Shown here in pieces: positions 1-10,414 of a stretch of 64,000 nucleotides of DNA. Source of the stretch: Calditrichia bacterium. Its GTDB lineage: Bacteria; Calditrichota; Calditrichia; JAJRVZ01. The position numbers and the translations under genes are program-made. A model generated the notes under the pieces. The model was not told where the DNA came from and made no database searches. It was given only the letters and a program-made list of their open reading frames with translations. The stretch spans positions 384,001 through 448,000 of the forward strand of contig CAWCNS010000007.1 of NCBI GenBank assembly GCA_963796965.1, given 5' to 3'. Within the stretch, counting starts at the first letter, position 1. Every line of letters begins with the position of its first letter.

Positions 1-1
1 C

Positions 2-310
2 TGAGTTAATAAGAAACCATTCTTTTGGTGCTATGGGAGAGGCTTTTATAATCGTATTATCTATATCGGTCATATCTTCACTGTCAATAAATTTTGAAGT
101 TATTACCAGCCTTTTATTCACCAAAAGACTGTCATTGACATAAGTTCCCCGACCTATTAAAATCGTATCACCCTCGGTGGCAGAATCAATACCTTCTTGA
201 ATGGTTAGATAATTATCAGGAATATGGATGATATCGGCCAGAGATAAAATCGGAAAATATGCAATCAGCGATATACTTAGTAATAATTTAAAAGACTGCC
301 ATAAAAGCAT
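2..310 (-). CDS. Secreted beta-helix/DUF1565-like protein, N-terminal part (runs off window start)
   Basis: Manual translation from ATG at 310: MLLWQSFKLLLSISLIAYFPILSLADIIHIPDNYLTIQEGIDSATEGDTILIGRGTY; signal peptide plus the IP..Y.TIQ.GID.A..GDTI....GTY motif typical of pectin-lyase-fold N-termini. Confidence 0.7.
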   Translation of the reverse strand, partial: MLLWQSFKLLLSISLIAYFPILSLADIIHIPDNYLTIQEGIDSATEGDTILIGRGTYVNDSLLVNKRLVITSKFIDSEDMTDIDNTIIKASPIAPKEWFLINS

Positions 311-358
311 AATATATTTTTTCCTTTTGTTGTTTTTTTCGATTGAAATTATTCTTTA

Positions 359-530
359 CATCCCCCATTCAGGGGATGTTGCAGTTTAAATAATTTTAAC
401 TAAAACATGATATAATGTATTCGAATAAGCAAAATCTAATTCCCCCATTGAAGGGGTGTGGGGGGATGTAATAATATCTTAAGTTGTTTAAAAACATCCC
501 CCTAACCCCCTTTAATAAGGGGGAATTAGA
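359..530. repeat. C/G-run palindromic repeat element; 'empty' inverted pair 435-469 / 494-530 plus upstream hairpin 359-378
   Basis: tctaattcccccattgaaggggtgtggggggatgt and acatccccctaaccccctttaataagggggaattaga are imperfect inverted copies 24 bp apart; same units at 24347/24743 and 19478-19505. Confidence 0.8.
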
Positions 531-651
531 TCGTCGCTCTCATTTAAATATTTTAATATTTCTATAACGCAATTTGTTATCTTTATTCTGAAGTATTACA
601 CTGCCGTAGGGAGGAATTATATCGCCCTTTAATTCCCATATCCAAATTCCT

Positions 652-2310
652 CTAATACATTTCCCAGGGAGCCCAGGTGGTACTATTGGCATGCCGGCCA
701 AATTTTAACGGAGGCTTTCCTGCTTCAAAGGCTCCTATATCGGGTCCCTGGCCTGAAAAATCATCATTAAAATTTGGAATTATTACGCCGCCATCAATGA
801 CCGGATTTGGAATGCTGACTACAGGATCCGTCAATATCTTCTCAACGCCACCAATGATAACCGGGACTTTGCCCCATTGTACTTTGTTAATGGTCGATGT
901 GGGATAAAATTCAAGATAATACGAATCGATATAGTCAGGTATTTCCCGTATACCATGAATTTCCTTTGCATTGCCATATTCCATACCTGTAAATAGATCA
1001 TAGTCATAATCACCGGGAACTTCAGCGGGTTTTATTGAAGCTAACCTGCCAGGACAATGGAAAATATTGTTACGTGTGACCGTATTTGGATCCGGATGTC
1101 CACTAAAGACATTTAAAGAGCCATTCGGTTGAAGAGCCGTATTATGGAAAATATATTTACGGCCGCCACCAAATTCATTTCGCATTCCAGTTTTAATCAT
1201 TGAACCGCCGAGAAATTTCTGTGATTTTCTTGTTTCTCCGAAAATATTACGAAAGATATATAAAGGTCCCTTTGAAGTTGATGCCGTGGCAATATGTTGA
1301 AAGGTATCATGGGTATAATTTCCCCAGATCCTCACATTCATATTCGCCCCTTCACTCTCTATGGCATCATCATGGGCACTTCTAATAATATTTCCATAGA
1401 TATCCGAATCACGGTTCGGGCTGCCGGCATGACTAAAATTCGAGCCACCTCCAATCACATCATTATAGCTATGATCAAATGTGGACCACAGGTCATTATA
1501 GCGAATCACATTGTTTCCACTGGAATTTATCAAACTAATCGCCTGAGGTCCGGCGGGATGACCGGTATCCCAATCATTGGAACATCCCCTCGGGTTTTCA
1601 ATTAGATTCCTCTGAATGATCAAATTCCCTGCCCCGGTTGCGGCATATATGCCACTATCCGTATTACCTTCGTTCCCAAACGATTTCGGTCCGCCAATAC
1701 GTCCCCAGAAGGAAATGTGGCATTCTTCAACCACAATATGATGCCGACCCTCTTTAATATAAATTGCATGTTTGGCAGCATTTTTAACTTCAATGCCGCG
1801 TAAAACAACATAATCAGCATCGATAATGACGGTAAATTCCCTACTATTTCGGACATCAATCGTTGTATGTGATTTCTCTGATGGTGCGATTAGGTGGTAG
1901 GCATCGGCACTACCCGATTCATTAATAACAAAGGTCTCAGATGATATACCATGGTCAAGATAGGTAGTTTTCCCGACCTTAAACGTCTCACTAAGCGTTT
2001 TAGTGGTTAAATCAATCTGTTTGTCAGCCAGGGTTAAACGTATCTGATATTCCGTATCCTGGGATAACCCGATGATGCTTCCACGGTATTCTAAATCTCT
2101 TTGATCAAACCACAGGGGCATTGCCTCTTTCCACAAATCTGTTACTGCTGTCCGGTAACTCACCCTGCATTCCCCTAAATTTTCCGCATCAACCTTATAA
2201 TAGATCCCGATACATTCAAAAGTGGGCACAGAATAAGGATTGGCTGCCTGCGATTGGGCAAAAGAATTGCTAGTTATCATTATTAAAAAGCTAATGATTA
2301 TTACTTTCAT
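652..2310 (-). CDS. Secreted right-handed beta-helix (pectin-lyase-fold) protein, putative polysaccharide lyase/hydrolase
   Basis: 552 aa ORF; signal peptide; repeated N.I.N parallel beta-helix motifs, DDAIESEG, C-terminal PDIGAFE. Confidence 0.7.
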   Translation of the reverse strand: MKVIIISFLIMITSNSFAQSQAANPYSVPTFECIGIYYKVDAENLGECRVSYRTAVTDLWKEAMPLWFDQRDLEYRGSIIGLSQDTEYQIRLTLADKQIDLTTKTLSETFKVGKTTYLDHGISSETFVINESGSADAYHLIAPSEKSHTTIDVRNSREFTVIIDADYVVLRGIEVKNAAKHAIYIKEGRHHIVVEECHISFWGRIGGPKSFGNEGNTDSGIYAATGAGNLIIQRNLIENPRGCSNDWDTGHPAGPQAISLINSSGNNVIRYNDLWSTFDHSYNDVIGGGSNFSHAGSPNRDSDIYGNIIRSAHDDAIESEGANMNVRIWGNYTHDTFQHIATASTSKGPLYIFRNIFGETRKSQKFLGGSMIKTGMRNEFGGGRKYIFHNTALQPNGSLNVFSGHPDPNTVTRNNIFHCPGRLASIKPAEVPGDYDYDLFTGMEYGNAKEIHGIREIPDYIDSYYLEFYPTSTINKVQWGKVPVIIGGVEKILTDPVVSIPNPVIDGGVIIPNFNDDFSGQGPDIGAFEAGKPPLKFGRHANSTTWAPWEMY

Positions 2311-2381
2311 CTTACTAACTCCTCACAGCATAATTGGTTTTGTCAAAGATAAAAAGTTGTTTAATAATATAGGTCTTTCTT

Positions 2382-2460
2382 AACGCCGAACACGCTGAGA
2401 TCCGCAGAGTTTAAAATATTAAATAATCTTTTTCTTTGCCTTCTCTGCGGACTCTGCGTT
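2382..2460. repeat. Short inverted-repeat element (CGCAGAG / CTCTGCG family)
   Basis: aacgccgaacacgctgagatccgcagag ... ctctgcggactctgcgtt; related element at 63893-63971. Confidence 0.6.
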
Positions 2461-2621
2461 TAGAAAATATTCGAGATTTTGCCACTACCGTATAATTTGT
2501 CGTGTAAAATCCCCTGTCATAGCATACAACTTCATAATAAAGGTTACAGTTTTCACGTATATTAATATTATATGTATATCATAAGAATCAGGTTAATATT
2601 TTTATCACCTCTCATATATTA

Positions 2622-4145
2622 TTAGTCTTGAAAGTAATTATATTCCTTCTTTAGACCAAAGGTCTCAATCGCCTCCTGACTCGGTCTGGGCATAAAATCC
2701 TTCTTTGCATAGTATTTCGTCTGATCCCAGATGATTGGTTGCCCTAAACTCCGTGGATCTTTTGTGTTGCGGAGATAAATATCCAGCTTCTTTGAGAGTT
2801 CTTGTTTAATCGTTTTATAGTCTTCCCGGAAAGCTATATTATTCATTTGATCCTGGTCTTTTTTCAAATCGTATAATTCTTCAGCCGGGCGTTTATCAAA
2901 AGCCATCTTATATAAATCTCTCATATCTGCTTTATTTTTGTTCTCTATAATATAATATTTTGTCGGGGATGGATAATGCATCATATGAGCGTCCACATCA
3001 CCATATAAGGGCGGATCACCTGCCGGCCAGCGATCAGGTTCATAATTCCTGATATAAAGATAGTCATGGGTTCGGATGGCTCTACCCGGATACCCCAGAC
3101 CATTCATGCGGCATAAGGCATGCCTCTCCCTGGCAGTGACAATAAATTCGCGCCTCGGATCTAAGTGGCCTGATTCCTTTGAATACACGAGATTGGTAAT
3201 ACTTTTTGCCGTCATTTCAGAGGGAATGGTAAGGCCGGCAATTTCTAAAAAAGTTGGGGCAAGGTCGTTTAAATTCACAAAATCATCAACCTTTCGACCT
3301 CCGGGAATATGATCCTTCCAATAGAATATCATCGGTATCCGTGTGCCAAAATCGTACAAATTTGCCAAACCTCGTGGCATTTGCCAACCATTGTCACTGC
3401 AGATAACGATTATCGTATTGTCCCACTGTTTTGAATCTTTTAATAGGTCTAAAATTTCGCCCACTTCGGCATCAAAATTTTGTATTTCTAAATAATAATC
3501 ACAGATATCTCCACGGGTTGCATCATTGTCAGGCAAGTAAGATGGCACCTTGACTAAGCTCTTATCCATACCAGATGCCTTACCAGAGTTTACCTTATAG
3601 GGTCTGTGCGGATTACGACTACTAAACCAATAACACCATGGTTTTTTTGGGCTCTTGGTGTTCATGAACTCGGTAAAAGATTCATATTTCTTGCCCCCAT
3701 GATTATATTCCCGCCCGCTATCTTCAACGTTTCCTGGTCCCCAGCCTTTACCCTGGCATCCTATAAAATAACCAGATTCTCTTAGCATGTCCGTATATAC
3801 AGGGTATTTATTTGGCAATATGCCATGGAGATTTGCTCCTTCTTCTAATCGCCAGATATCTTGTCCGGTTAACATTCCTGCCCTGGCTGGCGTACAGGAG
3901 GGTGCTGCACAAAATGCATGTGTGAATTTGACGCCTTCTTTTGCTATCCTATCAATCCTAGGTGTTTTGACCACTGGATCACCATAACAGCCCAGATGAT
4001 TCCAGGAATGATTATCTGACATAAGTAAAAGAATATTGGGACGACTTACTTCCTTAGCAGGTTGACAAGAGTATAAGAGCAGAAGCGTCAAGGATATATA
4101 TTTAAGAAATTGACTAATATTCCGATTCATAATTAAAGATTTCAT
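2622..4145 (-). CDS. Formylglycine-dependent sulfatase (heparan N-sulfatase/sulfamidase-like), probable lipoprotein
   Basis: PNILLLMSDN, CTPARAGMLTG (CxPxR motif), SDNG, ELYDL..D; LYSC lipobox. Confidence 0.9.
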   Translation of the reverse strand: MKSLIMNRNISQFLKYISLTLLLLYSCQPAKEVSRPNILLLMSDNHSWNHLGCYGDPVVKTPRIDRIAKEGVKFTHAFCAAPSCTPARAGMLTGQDIWRLEEGANLHGILPNKYPVYTDMLRESGYFIGCQGKGWGPGNVEDSGREYNHGGKKYESFTEFMNTKSPKKPWCYWFSSRNPHRPYKVNSGKASGMDKSLVKVPSYLPDNDATRGDICDYYLEIQNFDAEVGEILDLLKDSKQWDNTIIVICSDNGWQMPRGLANLYDFGTRIPMIFYWKDHIPGGRKVDDFVNLNDLAPTFLEIAGLTIPSEMTAKSITNLVYSKESGHLDPRREFIVTARERHALCRMNGLGYPGRAIRTHDYLYIRNYEPDRWPAGDPPLYGDVDAHMMHYPSPTKYYIIENKNKADMRDLYKMAFDKRPAEELYDLKKDQDQMNNIAFREDYKTIKQELSKKLDIYLRNTKDPRSLGQPIIWDQTKYYAKKDFMPRPSQEAIETFGLKKEYNYFQD

Positions 4146-4219
4146 TTAAATTTGTGGTTTTATAATTAGTTTTACATTTATTCTACTTATTTTCGTTACT
4201 TTTCCACCTCCATACTTAT

Positions 4220-5674
4220 TTATTGCTTGCTTTGCTCTCTGATTTCCGTGAGTAAAGCACGCATCTGCTCTAATTTTTTGGCTTGCGCGGGCAACGTCAC
4301 AAGATTTTTAAATTCATGAGGATCCGTCTGGTGGTCGTACAGCTCCTCACCTGTATCCCCCCAGCGATTGTACCGCCAATGGTTTGTTCGAATCGACTCA
4401 CCATTTTTGTGTGTTACTGTATAGGCCGCTTTCCGGCTTCCAGGTTGAGCCGGATCCTGGAGAGATCCACGTAAACTTCTCCCCTGTAGAATTTTCGGGG
4501 CTTGCTCTCCTAAACCAACCAGATCCGCAATCGTAGGATACAGATCGATCAATTCAGTGAGTCCATGACTGTGTTTACCGGCAGAGCCTTCAAATCCCGG
4601 TGCAGAGATAATCAGGGGAACGCGCGTACTTTCCTCAAAAAGACTTAACTTTTGCCAGCAATTGTGTTCTCCCAAATTGTAACCGTGATCAGATGTAAAA
4701 ATGACAACCGTATTTTTACGAAGATCGAGACGGTCAAGCGTATTCAAAAGTCTCCCGACCTGTTCATCCATATAACTGACACTGGCATAATAGGAGGCAC
4801 ATGCCTTTTTTTGTTGCGTTTCATTCATTCCGTATCGGCCCATGTTTTCCATTCGTGCTGCGTCCGCAGGAACATCCTCTAAATCACCCTCTGGAACGTA
4901 AGGAAGTTTCGTATCCTCTTCCGGATATTCTTCGAAAAGACGTTTGGGAGCAATCAGAGGCACGTGCGGTCGCACAAATCCAACAGCCAAAAAAAACGGT
5001 TGTTCCGGACGCAAAAAACGTGAATCCGTACGCCCGCGAGCCCTATTTTCCAGGATGGCGATTGCCTGACTTGATGCCAGATGGTCAGCTTGCGTCCTGA
5101 TCAACTCATCTGGTACAATTATTCGAGTAAAATTTGATCCATAATGTTTTCGTTTTGGGCTAAGTAGTTCGAGTATCCCGGGACTGGCGGTTTCTGGCGC
5201 CATAATATCAAAGGCACGGTCCCAGGAATCCGGATCATCACCACCGCGATCACCTGCTTCGATCCCACCGGGAACACCCATATGAAAGATCTTTGAAACT
5301 CTGAACGCTACATACCCGTTGACGCGCAAAAACCCTCCAATACTTGGATGATCCGCAAGATCAGGATTGGTCGCCCGATAGCTGCCAAGTTTGTAGTTGT
5401 TTTTCAACATCCCGGTCCGGTTAGGGTATAGACCACTCATAAATGATGCACGCGAAGGGCCACAAACAGGAAACTGAGAATATGCCCGATCGAACACGAC
5501 TCCTTCTGAAGCCAACCGATCGAGATTTGGTGTCTTGCATACATCGTTACCGTAGGAGCCAAGACATGTTGTTAGATCGTCGCTGACAATCAAAAGGATG
5601 TTTGGACGCTCCGCACTATGAACATGGCCTTGAAATACTAAGATCAGCATTAATATAATTAGTTGTATTTTCAT
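4220..5674 (-). CDS. Sulfatase, iduronate-2-sulfatase-like
   Basis: RPNILLIVSDDL, CGPSRASFMSG, GFVRPHVP, FTSDHG, ELYDH..DP.E; signal peptide; GGGAG RBS before ATG 5674. Confidence 0.9.
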   Translation of the reverse strand: MKIQLIILMLILVFQGHVHSAERPNILLIVSDDLTTCLGSYGNDVCKTPNLDRLASEGVVFDRAYSQFPVCGPSRASFMSGLYPNRTGMLKNNYKLGSYRATNPDLADHPSIGGFLRVNGYVAFRVSKIFHMGVPGGIEAGDRGGDDPDSWDRAFDIMAPETASPGILELLSPKRKHYGSNFTRIIVPDELIRTQADHLASSQAIAILENRARGRTDSRFLRPEQPFFLAVGFVRPHVPLIAPKRLFEEYPEEDTKLPYVPEGDLEDVPADAARMENMGRYGMNETQQKKACASYYASVSYMDEQVGRLLNTLDRLDLRKNTVVIFTSDHGYNLGEHNCWQKLSLFEESTRVPLIISAPGFEGSAGKHSHGLTELIDLYPTIADLVGLGEQAPKILQGRSLRGSLQDPAQPGSRKAAYTVTHKNGESIRTNHWRYNRWGDTGEELYDHQTDPHEFKNLVTLPAQAKKLEQMRALLTEIREQSKQ

Positions 5675-5711
5675 CGTTGCTCCCACTATTGTTTGGGGTT
5701 GTGTAAAAAAT

Positions 5712-6050
5712 AACCACAGAGAACACAGAGTAAATATTTAATAATTATTGACTTAAATCAATTAATTTCCTTCTCCTTCTCTGTTACCCCTAAATTATAT
5801 TACATCATGTATTCCGATTCCATGAATTCAATAATATGATTTATTACGATTCTAACTTACTGACCCTCTGACAAAAGATAAATCTACCAGTGGATATTAT
5901 AAACACTATTGAAATTATATTAATAAAGCAATTAAATCATTTTTCCATCACTTCTTCTGGTTTTATTGTATTATAAATAACTCAGAGTATTTCTCTGTGG
6001 TCTCTGCCTGTCCCGTAGGCTTGGTAAAGCCAGGCTTGTACGGGATGGTT
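5712..6050. mobile_element. MITE-like ~300 bp element with AACCACAGAG terminal inverted repeats (copy A), carrying a 39 bp hairpin insert at 6007-6045
   Basis: Left end aaccacagagaacacagagtaaatatttaataattattgacttaaa is nearly identical to 31911; right end ctctgtggtctctg[insert]tggtt. Confidence 0.65.
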
Positions 6051-6211
6051 TTATCTTTTTATCCTATTTTTCATAGTACTTTTGACACTACTTTGTTTGG
6101 CTTTATTTGTGTTATTTTTCAACCATTAACAAATCTTGTTATAGAGTAAGAAAATGCCTCTACTTTTGTACAATAAATGCCCCAGATTCATGTATGGAAT
6201 CTTTTCCATGC

Positions 6212-7702
6212 TTAAACCCAATCCCATTCACTTTTAATTTTCTTTTCAAGATTACTAAATCTGTGCTGATACTCATTCCTGCCGGCCAGGTTTTCCTGCT
6301 CCGTCCAGCCGCCGGCCATCTTATACAGTTCAGGTGATCGAGATTCATTGAGAATCAATTTCCAGTCTCTGGTTCGTGCCATTATGGTGCGTTTGTCATC
6401 TTGCCAGGTAAGACGTTCTACCCTGGTATGGAAGGGGACGTCACTATCGGGATTATAGGCAGGTTCCGGATTATCAAAATAACCACTGATAAGATCACTA
6501 TACTTGGCAGAGGCGAAAACCGTAAAATCTGGTTCATCCCTTTCTATTCCTTGTATCAATGGTTTTAATGATCTTCCCGGTAAACCATCGGGTATTTTCC
6601 CAACAGACATATCAGCCAGGGTTGGGAAAATATCCACGCCCTGGGCCAGATTTTGTACGCGAATTCCCTTTTTGATCAAGCCGGGGGCAAAACAGATAAA
6701 GGGAACATGCAGCAGGGCATCATACAGGAACATTCCCTTACGAACCATCCTGTACTCACCCATAAAATCACCATGATCGGAAGTAAATAATACGATTGTA
6801 TTTTCATCCAATCCTGTTTCGCTTAGCGTTTGTAAAATTCTACCCACCTGGCGGTCTACGCCCCACTCGATTGATGCATAATAATAGCGTATTGTTTCCA
6901 GCAGATCCTCATCGCGGATGCGGTCGTAATGCAGCGCATGCCATTGTTCAGCAAAGCGAGGACTCAAATTCTCTGGCGAAACAAAGGGCGGTAATTTCAT
7001 ATCCTGTGCACAATATTGACTGGTAAAGGCTGCATCAGCAAAATATGGCGGGTGAGGATCAAAATAACTAATATGGAGAAAAAATGGCTCGGTTTTTTTG
7101 GCCTTTTTTAAAAATTCTATGCTGTCTTCCGTGTTTAAATGGGGATAACACTGCTCATCCGGCCAGAATGTATCGCTATGCCAGTAAGGGGGTACAAATT
7201 TAGAATAAGCACGAAATTTTTCGCGGTCGCGTATCTTTGCATAATCGATATTCTGAACAACTGGTTTTGTAAACGTATGATTTTTCCCTACCCAACCCAA
7301 TTGATATCCGTGCTGCCGGAAATAACCAAGCATGGAGTTTTCGATCGAATCCGGCACTTTGTTTGATTTATTGGTTAATTGACCATGCTGATGGGGATAC
7401 AAACCGGTAAAATTGCTGATCCTTGAAGGAACGCAGACAGGATTATTGCTGAAATAATTATCAAATAAAACACCCTCAGAAGCCATTTTATCCAGGTTTG
7501 GCGTCCGGGCGTTCGGATTACCAAGACAGCTCAGGGCATCACCACGCATCTGATCGCAGATAATATATATCACATTAGGTGGTGTCTTATCTGACTTGCT
7601 TGTTAAAATGGCAGGAAATGACAGAGCCGCTGTTGCAGCAGCAACCGCCTGACCACTTTTTCTAATAAATCCGCGCCGGTTCATGTTGTCTGATCTCTTC
7701 AT
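6212..7702 (-). CDS. Tat-exported sulfatase (choline-sulfatase-like)
   Basis: Twin-arginine NRRGFI, PNVIYIICDQMR, CVPSRISNFTG, DPHPPY, FTSDHGD. Confidence 0.9.
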   Translation of the reverse strand: MKRSDNMNRRGFIRKSGQAVAAATAALSFPAILTSKSDKTPPNVIYIICDQMRGDALSCLGNPNARTPNLDKMASEGVLFDNYFSNNPVCVPSRISNFTGLYPHQHGQLTNKSNKVPDSIENSMLGYFRQHGYQLGWVGKNHTFTKPVVQNIDYAKIRDREKFRAYSKFVPPYWHSDTFWPDEQCYPHLNTEDSIEFLKKAKKTEPFFLHISYFDPHPPYFADAAFTSQYCAQDMKLPPFVSPENLSPRFAEQWHALHYDRIRDEDLLETIRYYYASIEWGVDRQVGRILQTLSETGLDENTIVLFTSDHGDFMGEYRMVRKGMFLYDALLHVPFICFAPGLIKKGIRVQNLAQGVDIFPTLADMSVGKIPDGLPGRSLKPLIQGIERDEPDFTVFASAKYSDLISGYFDNPEPAYNPDSDVPFHTRVERLTWQDDKRTIMARTRDWKLILNESRSPELYKMAGGWTEQENLAGRNEYQHRFSNLEKKIKSEWDWV

Positions 7703-7754
7703 TGACACCCTTACTTTTATTCATCGAATATGGAATTAAAAGTGCTCATTTATC

Positions 7755-7838
7755 GTCATCCTGAACTTTTTTCAGAATCTATGTATCTGAATGTGGTTTT
7801 TATCCTGATTTTTCATTTCCCGATTCTTTCGGGATGAC
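7755..7838. repeat. REP-like doublet, GTCATCCTGAA family
   Basis: gtcatcctgaacttttttcagaatct ... tcccgattctttcgggatgac; same family at 17843, 29325, 30717. Confidence 0.7.
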
Positions 7839-7877
7839 ACTACCTGATGGCTACACCAACCACAAATATTAAACATC

Positions 7878-10298
7878 TTATTCAATTATTAAAGCAGTAT
7901 AAATACTGAACTCCGGTAGCGGAATTTCCGCTACGCCATCTCTAAACTTAATATCTGAAATCACCCCATCTTTTTCTGCAAAACGGATTGACTTGCCTTT
8001 AACCAAATTTTCCGGCATAATAACAACCGTGCCTTTCACGATTGAATATTCGTCTATTATGGGTTCTTCAAAATTGCTGGACCTGCGGCTTTGTCCCCCG
8101 TGGACCAAATGAACAATCATTCTGTTGGGCTGCTCAAATACCGAAACTTCCATATTAACCGCTGCTTTCACCTCGACCAGGCGTTCTGTTTTTTCCACTA
8201 GCCGATTAAAGGTGCTCTTAAATATTTTCCGGTTTTGCGTATTGCCTGAAACTGTATAATCGGTGAAAACCGGGAAGGCAAAATACACGACTTTGCCTTC
8301 ACCAAGGTTCCTTATCGTAATCGCCGGATAATCAGAGACCTCTTCCATTGGCGGACTTTGGCGGTGTGATATTCTATGAGGCGTGCCGAAATTCATGGGT
8401 AATGCGATGGATGCAAATATTTTCGTCTTATCTATCAACCTTACAAACTGTACATTCTCACGCGAATAGATATCTGTAGGAAGTGGGTCGGGCATTATTT
8501 CCGGATCGATCCGTATAAATGCTGGTTGAGGCTTTACACTTTGGTCTAATTCAATACCGATTAATTTCTGCAATTTATCGCCGGGGAGTCCTTCGACCAT
8601 TAGTCTCCCCCCTTTTATGACGTAGGTTTCTAACTTCTCGATATAGGCTTCAGGAAGGTCAACGAGGTTTTGTACGATCACGACCTTGAACAGATCAAGG
8701 CTGTTCTTCATATCAATAACCGTAAAATGAATGCCTGCATCTACTAATATTGAACTTGCCTTTTCATTTGCTTCCAGAACCTCATTCGCCCTAACAGCAG
8801 TCACATCCGTGTTGGGACGCAAGAAGGCCACGTAAGGCACAAGATCCGCACCAAATACATATGGTTCTACCCTTTCGGCCATATGCATGGCTTTACTCAT
8901 GGTTTTGTATGCTTCCGGGTTAAAAGTTCCATAGGGATGCAGCTGGTCGCCAATTGTTATGCCACAGCCATTTGCCAGACAGACTGCCGTCTCGTAGTAT
9001 AAAAGAGCCTCATCTGCAAATCCGCCAAAATCACCCCACCCTGTCCAAAAACGTGTTGTCATCGCAATCATAGGAATAGTGCCATGTGCATACCTGGCAA
9101 TATAAGGAAGGCGGTATAGCGACTGCTTGTGCATCCAGGCTTCTATTTCCAGGATATCCTGTTTGGCAAGGTCTTCATGTGGTTTATAAAACTGCTGGTT
9201 ATTGGCAATAATTATATCAGAACGAAGGCTCCGGATCAGATCGATGGTTTCATAAACAAATTCATCATTGCCCGGAAAATCGAACCAAAAACCGTCAATA
9301 TCGTAATCACGAACACATTCGACAATCATAGGCCAGGTGTAGTCTTTTACATATTGGGTAGAGGGTCTAGAATCAACACGTTGGTATTTATTATTTATCT
9401 CTCCTTCCCCTTCAACCGTTGTCCCGTACATTTCATCAATGTTGATTGAAAAATAGGCCCACACTTTAATATTATATTTATGACATGCCTCAATTTGTGC
9501 TTTCATCAGGTCAAAATCTAATCCCGGATGGCGCGTGCCAACCTTTGTATTGTAATAGGCATATCCATGATGTCCTTTTGCAAAAAGTGTGATGGCATTT
9601 AAACCGTTTTCTTTCAATGTTTTTGCATACACATCTGGATCAAAATTTTTACCAATTCCTTTTACAAATCCTCCCGTGTGAAAATCACAATGTATCTTCC
9701 GGCTAATACTTTTATACCAGTCATCAGGTATTTGTTTGGTCAAATCTCTTTTTTTCGGATCAGGTGCCGGAACAGGAAATTGACTGCTTTTGTAAACCAA
9801 TTGCAAGCCTCTAATTTCCGGAATCGGTGTCTCTACATATTCTGAAGTAAAGCGGATATGTTTCAATCCCGGTGTGAGTCTAATTGTACCAAGGGATACC
9901 CAATCGTTTGTAAAATCGCCAGCCACAATAAAAACCTCACCAATTGTCTCACCTTCAACACTTAATAAGGTTTTCGATGATTTTGAACTGGTGTATTTTG
10001 CCTGAATTTCGTATTCGCCCCCTGTTTTAAAATCAACCTTGTACTCAATGAGCCCGGGAACATGAGAGGCCATGGCTTTTTTCTGACCCCTGATGATGTC
10101 GTTATTCAGGACAAGATTACTTCGCCAATATTCTTTTAAGTTAAAATTGAGTGAGTTGGATGTGGATTTATCAAAAGATTGTTTTTTGGCCAGAATATGT
10201 TGTGCAGGTAAATCATTCATAAAGATACAAACGACAAATGAGAATAATATTAATTGATTAAAAATGAAATGAATTATTTTACTATACCTTATAGCCAT
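7878..10298 (-). CDS. Glycoside hydrolase, GH151-like alpha-L-fucosidase with N-terminal CBM-like and C-terminal trimerisation-like domains
   Basis: IHCDFHT, FAKGHHGYAYY.TKVG..HPGL..DL, DGFWFD, RFW.GWGDFGG, IGDQLHP motifs; GGAGG RBS before ATG 10298. Confidence 0.7.
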   Translation of the reverse strand: MAIRYSKIIHFIFNQLILFSFVVCIFMNDLPAQHILAKKQSFDKSTSNSLNFNLKEYWRSNLVLNNDIIRGQKKAMASHVPGLIEYKVDFKTGGEYEIQAKYTSSKSSKTLLSVEGETIGEVFIVAGDFTNDWVSLGTIRLTPGLKHIRFTSEYVETPIPEIRGLQLVYKSSQFPVPAPDPKKRDLTKQIPDDWYKSISRKIHCDFHTGGFVKGIGKNFDPDVYAKTLKENGLNAITLFAKGHHGYAYYNTKVGTRHPGLDFDLMKAQIEACHKYNIKVWAYFSINIDEMYGTTVEGEGEINNKYQRVDSRPSTQYVKDYTWPMIVECVRDYDIDGFWFDFPGNDEFVYETIDLIRSLRSDIIIANNQQFYKPHEDLAKQDILEIEAWMHKQSLYRLPYIARYAHGTIPMIAMTTRFWTGWGDFGGFADEALLYYETAVCLANGCGITIGDQLHPYGTFNPEAYKTMSKAMHMAERVEPYVFGADLVPYVAFLRPNTDVTAVRANEVLEANEKASSILVDAGIHFTVIDMKNSLDLFKVVIVQNLVDLPEAYIEKLETYVIKGGRLMVEGLPGDKLQKLIGIELDQSVKPQPAFIRIDPEIMPDPLPTDIYSRENVQFVRLIDKTKIFASIALPMNFGTPHRISHRQSPPMEEVSDYPAITIRNLGEGKVVYFAFPVFTDYTVSGNTQNRKIFKSTFNRLVEKTERLVEVKAAVNMEVSVFEQPNRMIVHLVHGGQSRRSSNFEEPIIDEYSIVKGTVVIMPENLVKGKSIRFAEKDGVISDIKFRDGVAEIPLPEFSIYTALIIE

Positions 10299-10414
10299 TG
10301 TACTTCCTCCCATTCGACTGCATACCGCCAATACCATACACCCGGCCATAATGCCCGCTATACCTTATTCTGCCATAATAATCGAAACAGCAACAGCCCC
10401 AAGATCGGAACCAT

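Noticed and set aside
10300..10414. Coding-like hydrophobic stretch between the GH36-like and GH151-like genes
   Set aside because: Too short and interrupted by stops to support a gene or remnant call
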